Part shown: piece after piece, positions 18,880 to 31,135 of the stretch
Position numbering within the stretch: the stretch's first letter is position 1
How the letters are laid out: every line of letters starts with the position of its first letter
From: the human T2T-CHM13v2.0 reference genome, Homo sapiens
NCBI RefSeq assembly: GCF_009914755.1
Contig: NC_060940.1
DNA: 64,000 nucleotides
Direction: 5' to 3' (one strand)
The notes under the pieces: model-generated
What the model saw: the letters and a program-made list of their open reading frames with translations, nothing else
What the model was told of the DNA's origin: nothing
Database searches by the model: none
Position numbers and translations under genes: made by a program

Positions 18880-19800
18880 TGAGGACAGAGAGACAGGGAC
18901 CAAGAAGGAAACAGATGGAAGCAGGGACAACAGAAAGCAAAGGAGCAGACAGGAGGCCATGCACAGAGCCAGGGGCAGGGAACCGCAAGGGTGAGGCGGG
19001 CAGAGACACACAGGAAGCCAGGGACACAGACACAGAGACCAAGACACAGAGACAGAGACACAGAGAAGACACAGAGACAGAGATATGGACATGGAGACAT
19101 AGAGACTGAGACATGGAGACAGAGACATAGATAGACGGAGACACAGAAACACAGACTGAGATAAAGGGACAGAGACACAAAGATATAGAGATGGAGACAC
19201 AGAGACAGAGACACAGACATGGAGATATAGAGACAGGAAGCTAGAGACACAGAGAGACAGAGACACAGAGACAGAAACAGAGGGAGAGAGACACGGGAAC
19301 ATAGACACATGAAAATAGAGATACAGAGAGACAGAGGCAGAGACATGGAGACAGACACAGAAATACAGAGGCAGGAAGACAGAGACACAGAGAGATAGAG
19401 ACACAGACAGAGACACAGGAACACAGAGACATGAAGACAGAGACAAAGAGACAGAAAGACACAGAGATAAACACGGAGAGATGGAAACACAGAGACAGAA
19501 GACAGAGATAGAAATGCAGGAACATGAAGACAGAGACAGAGAGATACAGAGAAAGAGACAGAGACACAGAGACAGAAATGGAAAGAGACACCGAGATGCA
19601 GAGATAGAGAGACTGATACAGAGAGAGAGATGCAGAGAGTCAGAGACAGAGAGACAAGCAAAAAGAATAAGTGGGATGGGGGACAGGGCAAGACAGAGCA
19701 AGAAACATAAGTCACACACACGCACGCACGCACACACACGGACAGAGATGGGAAGACAGGCTGAGAGAGACAAAGCAAAACATAGACAGGGAAATAAAAA
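18880..19800 (+). repeat. ~900-bp GA/CA-rich degenerate satellite (gagaca/cagaga units)
   Basis: Imperfect gagacacagagacag units with extreme strand asymmetry. Confidence 0.92.
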
Positions 19801-19976
19801 GATGAGAGAAGAGTGAGTTAGGAGGAGGCAGGGAGGAAAAGCTGGAGAAGGCATGGATGGAGTGGCACAGGGGGACCGCAGAGACCCACAGCAAGACGGA
19901 AATACATTTCAAAAAAGAAAAGCAAGAAATGGAGGGGCATAGATGTGGCTGAGTGCCAAAGGGAGACTGGTTGGCA

Positions 19977-20008
19977 GGGGCGGGGCTGGGAGGGAGGGGC
20001 TGGGTGGG
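19977..20008 (+). promoter_or_regulatory. GC box plus G-quadruplex-capable motif
   Basis: GGGGCGGGGCTGGGAGGGAGGGGCTGGGTGGG: seven G-tracts and a perfect Sp/KLF GGGGCGGGGC. Confidence 0.55.
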
Positions 20009-20386
20009 CCCGCAGCAGCGGGGCAGAAGCAGCTCCACCTAGGCTGGGGGCTTGCATGGTGTATCCCCGTGAGGTTTCCCACCGAGCCCTCTTTGTTCCT
20101 CCACCTCCTCCTCACCATCAGGCAGAGGGCTTGGGAACTTGGGGGCAGCCAAGGATTCCAGAGCCCCCCTCGCCCGCGCTCCTTCCCTCTAACTCGGGAG
20201 TCGTTAATCTTGGAGGGCAGGTTGGTCTTTTATTAGCTATCTCCAAGGGTCAGCTTAGAAGTATCTGAGAAGATACTGGTTCAGAATGTCATTTGTCATC
20301 TGGAGGCCTGACGGGTGGCCGCATCGACTCAGCCCCCTCCTGTCCTCCCTGGAATTTAGGAAAGCGAAAGCTGCTCTTAACCTTTC

Positions 20387-20396
20387 CCTTAAATGG
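20387..20396. promoter_or_regulatory. CArG box (SRF site)
   Basis: CCTTAAATGG fits CC(A/T)6GG, in unique sequence. Confidence 0.4.
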
Positions 20397-20557
20397 AGCT
20401 TTAATTCCTCTCTCCTTCTCTGTTTGCTCATCAGGGCAGCGCTATGGGAACAATAGGAAGCCACAGGCAGGAAGGGGGGATTGCTCCTCCCAGGGAAAGG
20501 TGGGGTGTCCCTGCTCCTTGCAATGCCTCCCTCCCCACTTCCCAGCCCCCCACATCA

Positions 20558-21035
20558 GCTGTTCTCAAGCTTGGTTGTATGTGGGACTCTCCTAGGAAGC
20601 TAAAAAAATGGCTGAGGGGGCCGGGCACAGTGGCTCATGCCTGTAATCCCAGCGCTTTGGGAGGCCGAGGCAGGTGGATCACAAGGTCAGGAGTTCCAGA
20701 CCAGCCTGACCAAGATGGTGAAACCCCATCTTTACTAAAAATACAAAAATTAGCAGAGTGTGGTGGCCGGCGCCTGTAATCCCATCTACTGGGGAGGCTG
20801 AGGCAGGGAATTGCTTGAACCCGGAGGGCAGAGGGTGCAGTGAGCTGAGATCATGCCACTGCACCCCAGCCTGGGTGACAGAGCGAGACTCTCTCAAAAA
20901 CAAACAAAAAAAGATGCTGAGGCCTGGGCTCACCCACAGAGGTTGAAATTTCATTGCTCTGGGCTGAAGTTCAGACATTGCAGCGTTCAAACCTGTCCTC
21001 AGGTGATAGTAATGAGCAGCTAAGACGAAGGTCTG
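20558..21035 (+). mobile_element. MER5-type hAT MITE interrupted by an Alu
   Basis: gttctcaagcttggttgtat...ctcctaggaagct before the Alu; ctcaggtgatagtaatgagcagc after it. Confidence 0.65.
20619..20912 (+). mobile_element. AluS (Sc/Sg-like)
   Basis: Complete dimer with ggatcacaaggtcagg. Confidence 0.92.
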
Positions 21036-21189
21036 CTGAGCTAGATGATCCCCTACCTGCCTTTTCATCATCATCCAGTCTCAAACCAGGCAACACCTCC
21101 TCTGAGAGGCCTTCCCTAGTAACCTTCCCTTGAAACAATGCCTGATCACAATCCCCCATTCATCTGCTGCCAAGCATTAGCAGCCATCT

Positions 21190-21440
21190 AAACAGTGATT
21201 AAGAGCCTGGCCTCTCAAGCCAGCACATGTGGGTTCCGATCCCCAAGCCACTCCTCCATAGCTAGGAGATCTCGGGCCAGTCACTTATTCTCTGTGCCCC
21301 CAATTCCCCCTTCTGTAAACTGGGAATGATAACGCTTTCAAGGATTCTAGTGTGGATTCAAGGAGCCAACAAAGGCAACGTGCATGGGAGAGTGCCTGGC
21401 ACAGAGTGAGCCCTATATTAGTGTTTGCAACTGTTATTAC
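21190..21440 (+). mobile_element. MIR
   Basis: gggttccgatcccc...cagtcacttattctctgtgccc...gtgcctggcacagag. Confidence 0.75.
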
Positions 21441-21950
21441 CTTGCTTTTTATCTCCTCTTGTTTAGCTCTTCCTGCAAGCTTCCTTATGGACTAGGCCAT
21501 GATTATCATCTTCATCGTCCCCATTTTACAGATGAGAACACTGAGGCATGAGAGAGTAAGAAACTTGGGCAAGGGGCTAGGTTTCACCATGACTGTTTGA
21601 CTGTGGCCCTCCAGAGCTAGTAAGGGTAGAAGCCTGTGCAAGCTGGTAAGAGGCTGGGCAGTTGGCCTGTTTTACCCTGGCCTGTAGGGCTTGAGCTTTC
21701 GTGGACATCAGCACAGAGAAAGAGGTGTTCCAGTTGGAGGAAGCAGCTTGTTCAGCCATAGGAAGCAGCCTGGGGCTTCTGGGAAAGGTACTGGCTCTGG
21801 GTGGTGTTGGGAGTGGGAAGAAGTTGGGGGGAGTGGAGGCAGGGCTGGCACCAAGAGCTCTGGAGGGAATGTCAAAGATGGAGAGTTGTGTTGAGGTTTT
21901 GGTTCTGCGTCCACATGGAGATGGAGAATGACTGGAACGCAGGTCCCCTA

Positions 21951-21959
21951 ACTTCCGGT
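21951..21959 (-). promoter_or_regulatory. High-affinity ETS (ELK/GABP) motif
   Basis: ACTTCCGGT (ACCGGAAGT on the minus strand) in a CpG-retaining patch. Confidence 0.35.
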
Positions 21960-22354
21960 CCTTGGGTCTTGCCCATGGACCCTGGTCTAGCGCTTCGAAA
22001 TCGTAGACAATTGGGATCCGTGTCTGAAGTTGGTTGGGTGAGATAGTTCTGGGGTCAAACCCCTCTAATCTGGGCTGCAAACTCAACACCTCCACTCTCC
22101 AGCTGCATGGCCTTGGGTAAGGTCCATGACCTGTGTCTGCCTTGGTTTCCTCTCCTGTAAATGGAGGTGAGGAACCTCCCTCAGAGGATGTGGTGAGGAC
22201 TGACTGAGACGAGGCATGAAAAGCATGGAGCACCCTGCCCGCCTGAGTAAACAAAATACTCACCATTGCTGACACTGACAACCATCTCCTGGGTGGGAAG
22301 GATGAGGAGAAAAATAGAACAGCTGGAAATGATTATGATTGGGATGTGGCACAA

Positions 22355-22635
22355 CAAAGGAAGGAAGGAAGAGAGGAAGGAAGGAGGGGAGGGAGGGGGG
22401 AGGAAAGGAAGAAAGGAAAGGAAGGACGGATGGTGGGAGGCAGGAAGGATGAAAGGAGGGAGGGAGGGAGGAAGGGAGGGAGGATGGAAGTGAGGGAGGA
22501 AGGAGAGGGAAAGGGAGGGAGGCAGGGACGGAGGGAGGAAAGAAAAAAAGGAAAGAAAGGAAGGAGGGGGAAAGGGAGGGAGGGAAGGAAGGAAGGAAAA
22601 AGGAAGGAAGGAAGGAAGGATGGAAGGAAGGAAGG
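22355..22635 (+). repeat. (GGAA/GGGA)n polypurine tract
   Basis: About 280 bp almost entirely purine. Confidence 0.93.
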
Positions 22636-23239
22636 CTGGCTGAGAGGTTTTCACAGATGAATGATTTTCAGTGGTAAAACCAGGGAAGTCCTAGGCAAAT
22701 AGAGATGAGTTAGTTGCTCTAAGGAAAGGTCTAAAGCAGTACACTTTAATTCTTCAAGCGCAAAGTAAGTCAAAAGAAAAGCAAGGAAATTGAGTCAAGC
22801 TACAGCACAACCAATTGAGGTTAGATCTCATACAGGACTTCCTGGCTACTGAACAACAGGCACGGGTGGGCGCGCCCTTTAGCAACTGGGAAGAAAGCTC
22901 AGAGTTCAGGAGGCAACTAGGAGAAACGGCGAAGCGCCTCTCTGGGGATGGAAGGTCCGTGTTGGCTGCTGGTTGCCCTCTGTGACCGGGTCAGCTCTCC
23001 TGTGACCCATCGTCCTCGGCAGAGCCAGCAGTACATTTCCAAATGCCAGACATCAGAGGCTCAGGAAAGATGCTCAGCCCGATTCCGACAGAGCAGGTTA
23101 GGGGCAGGCATATGCTTGGTGGCACGCAGCCTAATCTCAGAGAAAGTGTTCTGATAGAAAGATTCATGATAGCCATCCGGGCTGCAGACACCAGGCCTTA
23201 ACTTCCAATTCCAAGAGCCCTGCGGTGCACGCCTCTTAC

Positions 23240-23324
23240 CCGGCGGCTGGCATTGCAGCAGGTCTCAGGCCAGGCAGATTTACAGCATATTATCAGCAAA
23301 TGAATGTCACAGCTGGTCTTTGTG
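23240..23324 (-). other. Candidate 85-nt minus-strand exon
   Basis: Acceptor ctcctttcttttcctttcctctgaag|C and donor CGG|GTAAGA. Confidence 0.3.
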
Positions 23325-23789
23325 CTTCAGAGGAAAGGAAAAGAAAGGAGGACAGTTCAGAAAAAAAGGAGGCTTCAGGATCCAGATGATTCTGAATCCC
23401 TTTCTAACCTTCTGTGTAGACAGGCTGGAGCTACAGGGTGGGGTGGGCATAAGAACCCTGCAGCCATTGTCTACAGAAGGCACTGAAGTCTGCAGGGGTG
23501 GGTGAGCGCAATGCAGCAAACCAGGGTGTTTCCATAACAAAGGGGAGCATGCTGGCCTCCCCACTCCAGCAGAAAGGGCTGGGAGGAGAGAACAGTATCT
23601 CAACTCTGCAGCTCAAACACACTTCCTCATCTGTTGGAGCACGGTGGTCCAATGTGTCTCTGACGCATGGCCTCCTGGGGACCACAAGGGGGTAAAGGAG
23701 GTGACTTTAGGGTAGGGACTCCCAGGATCACAGCCTCTTCTCTAATTCCAGGCAGGAGGACAGGGCCATAAAAAAACACAAGTTCTGTT

Positions 23790-24745
23790 TTACTTTTCTC
23801 CAACTGGCTATAATGAAAAGGTTCAAATATTCAGAAAAGTTGTAAAAGTAATGCAATAAATAGCACCTAGATTCAACGGCTAATATTTCGTTAGCAATGC
23901 TCTATCGTACCTGTTTGATGTATGTGTGTATATTCTTTCTGCACTATGTGAAGTTGCAGTCATCGTGATTCATTACCCCTAAATACTTCTGTCTTCTAGG
24001 AAAAAGGCATTCTCCCTTCTACAACCACAACACCAATTATCACACCTAAGAAAATGAAAATTCTATATCATCTAATATCCAAATTCAAATTTCCTCATTT
24101 GTCCCAAGAATGCATTTAACACATTTTCAAAAATGCATTCTTGTGACACTTCGATCAAGATCCATGCACTATATATTTACTATGTCGTTGTAGCATCTTT
24201 TAATCTGGACCCGCCACAACCCCCTCTACATTTTTATTACACTGATTTTATGTAGAGTCCAGTTGTCTTGCAGAATGTCCCACATTCTGGATTTGCCAGA
24301 TTGCTTTCCCATGTTGTCGTTTCACTTTTTTCTCTGTCTCACATATTTTCTGTGAACTGGAATTTGAGCCTCGATATGATCGAGGTTCGATTCTAGTTAA
24401 TTTCGTGAATTAGATTTATGCTTTACCTTTTCAGCAAGGAACCTTTTTAGAGGGCACTCTGCACTTCATATGGCATTACATTACTACATTCAGTGGTAAA
24501 TAACATAAGGGTGTCACGCTATCAATGAAGAAAAGTGTGTCACTTGGTTAAGGCGGTGACAGCTGGTCACCTATTGTGAAGACACACTTTACCCTCCTTT
24601 ACTTTACAAAGATAGCCATGATTGAGGTTGGAACTAGGCAACACCTCTTTTCTCCACCAATCTTTCTCCAAATGGTTATAGCATCTATTGCTAACACCTG
24701 CCTGAAATACTTATTAAACTGCAAGTTTAAAAATGATACTTTTCA
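23790..24745 (-). mobile_element. Old L1M (L1MC-like) 3' fragment
   Basis: Antisense L1M 3'UTR motifs (ttacccctaaatacttc, gtcttgcagaatgtcccacattctggattt); resumes at ~25790-26110. Confidence 0.65.
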
Positions 24746-24749
24746 CCAC

Positions 24750-25420
24750 TGATAGGTGTATATATTCACAAGAAAGGAAATCAGCATATCAAAGAGATAG
24801 CCCCACTCCCATGTTGGTTGGAGCTGTTCACAATAGACAAGATTTGGAAGCAACCTAAGTGTTCATCAACAGATGAATTGTTGAAGAAAATGTGCTACAT
24901 ATTTACAATGGAGTACTACGCAGCCATAAAAAAGAATGAGATCCTGTCATTTGCAACAACATGGATGGAACTGGAGGACATTATGTTAAGTGAAATACAC
25001 TAGGCACAGAAAGACAAACTTTGCATGTTTCCACCCATTTCTGGGTGCTAAACATTAAAACAATTGAACTCATGAAGACAGAGGAGAAGAATAGTTACCA
25101 CAGGCTGGGAAGGGTAGTGGCAGAGGGTGGGGATGATTAATAGGTATAAAAATATAGTTAAATAAAATGAGTAAGACTTAGTATTTGATGGCACAACCGG
25201 GTGATTACAGTAATTTATTATACATTAAAAATTTTAAAAATAACTAAAAGGGTCTAATTGGAATGTTTGTAACATAGAGAAATGACAAATGCTTGAGGTG
25301 ATGGATACCCCATTTACCCTGATGTGATTATTACACATTGTATGCCTGTATCAAAATACATTAGGTACCCCATAAATATATACACTACTATGTACACACA
25401 AAAACTAAAAATTAAAAAAT
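24750..25420 (+). mobile_element. L1MA-type 3' fragment
   Basis: ORF track ...KIWKQPKCSSTDE...MEYYAAIKKNEILSFATTWMELEDIMLSE; L1MA 3'UTR gatggataccccatttaccctgatgtgatt. Confidence 0.88.
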
Positions 25421-25480
25421 GATACTTTTTCTGTCTTTCCTTCTGTTTCTCCTTCTGTATTAGCTGGTATAAGAATTCTT

Positions 25481-25858
<378 letters not shown>

Positions 25859-26176
25859 TCAACATATAACAGACAACTTCTGTCATTTCTCAAACTAAAA
25901 TTCTCCCAAATTTGGCTATTGCGAGCCCCACAAACCTGGATTTGGGGCTCTTTTGACACATTTCCATCATTTTTGACACATCTTTGCTTTCTGAAACAAT
26001 TGGATGACCCAAGCTCACTTCATACATCTCTACCACAGACCCGGAGTAAATCATTCCTCCAAAGAATGAGGCTCCTTTCAGCAGGGGGTGGCATTTTTAA
26101 ACCAAAATCTGGGCTTCAGATGTGATAAGCACAGATTCTGCTGCCAGATAACATGGGTTTAAATCTTAATCCAAGT

Positions 26177-26635
<459 letters not shown>

Positions 26636-29600
26636 CTAATTCAGCCACCTACTAGCTGTGTGGTCTCATGTAAATCACCTCACAGTTCTGTATGTCAATT
26701 TTCTCATCTGTAGAATGGGGGTAGTAACAATAATATATTCCACTTTGTTACATTGTTAAAAGGATTAACTATGTTCCTCTTTGTGAAGCCATTCAAACAG
26801 TACTTGGCACCCAGTGAGTGCTATACAGATGTTTGTTAAATATATATGTGGCCTTACAACTTATGAAGACGGGGGAGAGGGTGGAAAAGACCCTCAGGCA
26901 TCCTGAGACAGAGACAGAAAATTCTTTTTAAAGATCTTATTCAACTTGGATGAACATAAGTGAAAATATCATTATGTTTATTTTTACTCTCTTTCCATCT
27001 ATTAATGGCAAGTCACACTGACATGGGAACTGATTTGACATGTGGAGTCTTGAATCAAAATTTCCTTCCTAATAATGAAAGTAAATTTTTATTCAAGTAA
27101 AATAGAGATGCACAACAAAGCTTCCTTTTAAAATAAGCGTATTTTTTAAAAAATCAAATGAGATGATTTTTTAAAAATGACTAATTCCTAACAGCTATGA
27201 AATGCAATATGTCAAAAATGAATGATGATGGAATGACAGCAATCAAGGTTTGGGCAATACTCTAATAAAGATGCCTGGGAGGGAATCCTTATTCCTATTG
27301 TTTGGAAAGATGTTTCATTTTTTAAATTAAAATAATTATTTTAATAAGCTCTGGATGCATGTGTTATAAGGTCCACCACCATCTGAGTCCTTCAAGGCTG
27401 AAGATCCAATAGGAGAGCGCAGGAGATCTCCATGAGACAACAGAAATGAAGTTGAAAATTCACCTTAATCATATTTTCCCCACCTGCCTTTCAGTGAGGA
27501 GATGTGGGTGGAGGAAGGGCTGAAATTTCCGGGAGGGCTGCTCCTGGGAGAAGATCGTATAGCCCTATGTGGGGTGCTATACATGCCCCCACATATATTT
27601 CTATATGCCTTGGTCATAAATGCTTATCCCTTGGATTTTGCATAAATGCAAAAATAAATAAGTGAAGAATTAAAAAATAAATGCTCATCTTAAACACAGC
27701 ATCGGAAGCCATAGACCGTCTGCATTGCGGGTTCTCTATATATAGAATGAGAATTCCCTTTCCATCCACAATCACCTTTGACTTCTTCGTATTAAACCCT
27801 GGACCCCAAAGAGCAGCAACTACAAAATGGGATTCATTGACCAGCAGTTCACAGAGGTCCAAAAACAAACTTAGTTAAGAGCCGAGGGTAGGAAGAGGCA
27901 AGAATCAAGGATGGCCATGCTCAAGCAGAGAGAGGCAAAGGAAAGCAAGGATGGAGTCTGTGTGTGGTGTTTGCTGTATTGACGGACGTTCAGTTTTATG
28001 CTTTGACCTCCAGTCAACTCATCAGCCCTTTCATGAGTATCTATCACGTGCCAAAACCCAGAGGAACTCAAAAGAAACATCCTACAGCATTACCTAATGA
28101 TTCCAACCATTACATGTGCTCTTTTCACTGATAGCCCTGGCTGGAAACTGAGGTTTTAATCAGGTGGCAATTTCAGGGTCTTTAGAGAACCATCCTATGA
28201 GAAGTCACTGCAGGGTGACTATTTCTTGGAATTTGTAGATCATGAAAATGGGAGTAGTGCCCTAGCCTAGGCTCTCCCCTCCTCCCCTTATTCTTTCCTT
28301 CAGTCACTTATTCTCATGCAGCTTCAGAAGATGGAAGTTCTCACACCGCCGTGAAAATGATCAGCTGGAACGGGACCCTCTCCAGAGTACATTTGAGGGT
28401 ACGGTAGATGTAAAGTGGTAGTGTTTTCTCAACCAAAAATTGGGACATGCGATCTGCCAAAAATAAGTCCCTGTGGGGACAGAGAGACAGGCTATTTTTA
28501 AGGTGGGACTCCCTCCGAAAATCCGGGGTGGAAGCTGATGACAATTGTAGTGGGGTGTTCCCTCTAGTGAGTTTTGCACAAGTGCCATTTAGCGTCTGTC
28601 TCTGTGCTTTTCTCACATACCCAAAGCATCTGCCAGCAGTTGTGTCTGCATGTGCTTTGCAATAGACAGGGAAGGGAGATGCGAGCCCAGAACTCTTTCC
28701 TGTATGTGGAATATAGAACTCCCAGGCATAAACAAGCCCCATGAAGACAGAATACGATAAGGAGGTTGGCAGTTGCAGTGGGATGTCCTGATTTTTCTCT
28801 CCTCTGGATCCCTGCCCTGAAATAATCAGAAGAAAGCTTCTCAAGTTGATGTCTTTATAGAGTAATACCTGGAGAAATTTTTTAATTTTAAATTTTCTTA
28901 AAATGCCAAAATAATTAAGGATAATAGAGTCCCTGCTGTGGAATAAGAACCATTCAATTAGTTGAAGTACACTCCTGTCAATCTTGTAAACAACCGGGGA
29001 TATAAAATTAAGGACAGCCACAAGAGAATGAAAACTGTGAAGTCAGGATCTGAGGGTGCTGTTTCTGCAAGTGGGCATTCAATAAACATTAGTTCATAAA
29101 TGAATGAATGAATGAACTCTACCTAAGTTGCAAATTAAGAGCCTACATATTTTCTTTATGTCTTTTACATTAGATTTGTGAAGAACAAATCTGACTGATT
29201 CAGTCCAGACTATGCAGTAATTCATCTTGGATCACATGACTCACTCCATCCATTCAGCTGTGGCCACAAGGATGGATTCTACAGTAGAAATAGCACTCTA
29301 GGATCAGGGATGGGTAGGGAACTTCCAAAGAAGGAAATATGGATAGAGCAGGCACCCCAAAACTTGATCTCAGCCTTCAGTTCTTTGCTAAGGGCATGAC
29401 AAGGATTATTCGTTCAGTGTGGCTAAGGGAATTATCCTGGTCTGGTTTGCGTGATCTTCGGTGGCTCCCATATGGTTTTAGTATATGTTGGAATGGTTAT
29501 GTTTTGCTTCTGTTCTAAAGCCCTAAGTTTGCTTCTGAATTACCCATAATAGTGCAGATGCTTGCTTTCTTCCAATGCATTTTGTTGCAAGATTTGAGCT

Positions 29601-30079
29601 CACTCTCTCGCAACCCCTTCTCCTCCCCTTCTCCCTTTCCCTTTCCCTCTTGCTTCCTCTCTTTGGTTCTCCTCCCTGCCACCCAAGTACTTTGCTGCCG
29701 CACCTCTGTACTGTTTCTCATTAGAGTCTTTCCTGCAGAATTAATATTCTTCTGTGGAACTCAGGGAGGGCTGGTTATTGTGTTTGGGTGAGAAGGGTTC
29801 GTTATTCTTCTTTGAAATCTGAGCTATAAACAGGCTCCCTGTTGCATAGGGAAATGTAGCCATGATACTTTTTGTATAACTATAATGCTATTACGTATTC
29901 CCCCAGCCCTAGAAAATGCAATGAATGGGCATTATGGTTTAATCACTCTTTTCCCAGTGTTATGTGTCCTGCACTTATACATAGGACACTTAATATAAGG
30001 TTGGTTATCTATACACCATCTAGTCATGACAAGGAGAAATAGGTCTGAGTCTCATGTTTACAACAGTATAACAGGTTAG

Positions 30080-30427
30080 TAAGGTAGTACTCTATCAAAT
30101 GATGTTGGATCCTCCTAAGGGCACATACAGAATTGTACTTCTTCACTCTTTTGATGTTAGACATGAGCATGTGACTTGTTTTGTCCAGTGAAGCATGAGC
30201 AGAAATAGAACATATCACTTACAAATGGAAATGTTACCAGCCAATGTGTGATTTTATTTCCATCTACTTTTTACCTCTACCACGCTGGCAACACTCCAAA
30301 GTAGACATTCCATAGGCCTGGATCTTGGAGCTAGGAGAACCTTCAGTAACTTCTGATAGACCTTCCTCTAAGCCACAGCAATATGGGGTTGTTTGTTACT
30401 GCAGCATAACTTAGCCTATCCTGACTG
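30080..30427 (+). mobile_element. MLT1-family ERVL-MaLR LTR remnant
   Basis: catgtgacttgttttgtccagtga and terminus ttgtttgttactgcagcataacttagcctatcctgactgata. Confidence 0.75.
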
Positions 30428-30540
30428 ATATATATATATTTATATATAATATATATATTTTTTATATATGTAATATATATACTTTTATATATGTAATATA
30501 TATATTTTATATATTATATATTATATACATATAATAAAAA
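30428..30540. repeat. Imperfect (TA)n
   Basis: Alternating AT-rich run. Confidence 0.9.
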
Positions 30541-30845
30541 TATCTCACACATAAAAAAATTTCTTTCATGAATTTATATATCTACCATCCATCTGTTCAA
30601 ATACATATTGTGCACTTTCTATGCAAAAGGTGTTTGAATAAAAGAGAATTGATTGTAGGAAGTGATATCAAATAGGACATGTGAGACATATATATATATA
30701 TACACACACACACCTATACATATATATACACACATGTATATGTATATACCTGTAATATATACCTGTAATAGGATTGACTATGCGTAAGGCACAGTGCTAA
30801 GTATTTTGAATGAATTAGTTTATGAGATTTTTTTAATTAAAATAC

Positions 30846-31135
30846 TTTTTTTGAGACAGAGTCTCACTCTGTGGCCCAGGCTGGGCTGGAGTGCAGTGGC
30901 ACAATCATGGTTCACTGGACCTTCCAGGCTTAAGTGGTCCTCCCACCTCAGCCTTTCAAGTAGTTGGGACCACAGGCATGCACCACCATGCCTGGCTATT
31001 TTTTTTAAAATGTTTTATAGAATCAGGGTCTAACTATATCACCCCGGATGGTCTCAAACTCCTGGGCTCAAATGATCTTTCGGCCTTGGCCTCCCAAAGT
31101 GCCCAGATTACAGGCATGAGTCACTAACCCAGCCT
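30846..31135 (-). mobile_element. AluJ
   Basis: Diverged antisense dimer. Confidence 0.88.

Noticed and set aside
18880-19800. CRISPR-like or coded array
   Set aside because: No constant repeat with unique spacers; a degenerate eukaryotic simple repeat.
18664-19854. 396-aa and 306-aa minus-strand ORFs
   Set aside because: Ser/Leu/Cys/Val low-complexity translations of the TC/TG satellite, which lacks stop codons by composition.
21577-22281. 234-codon minus-strand ORF
   Set aside because: Begins within a MIR, non-ATG start, GC-rich; no recognisable protein.
23682-23695. CTCF-like CCACAAGGGGGTAA (and a similar sequence at ~26078)
   Set aside because: Mismatches at key core positions; cannot be supported without a PWM or ChIP data.
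28341-29021. 226-codon minus-strand ORF in unique DNA
   Set aside because: Non-ATG start, no recognisable domain or homologue; likely chance.
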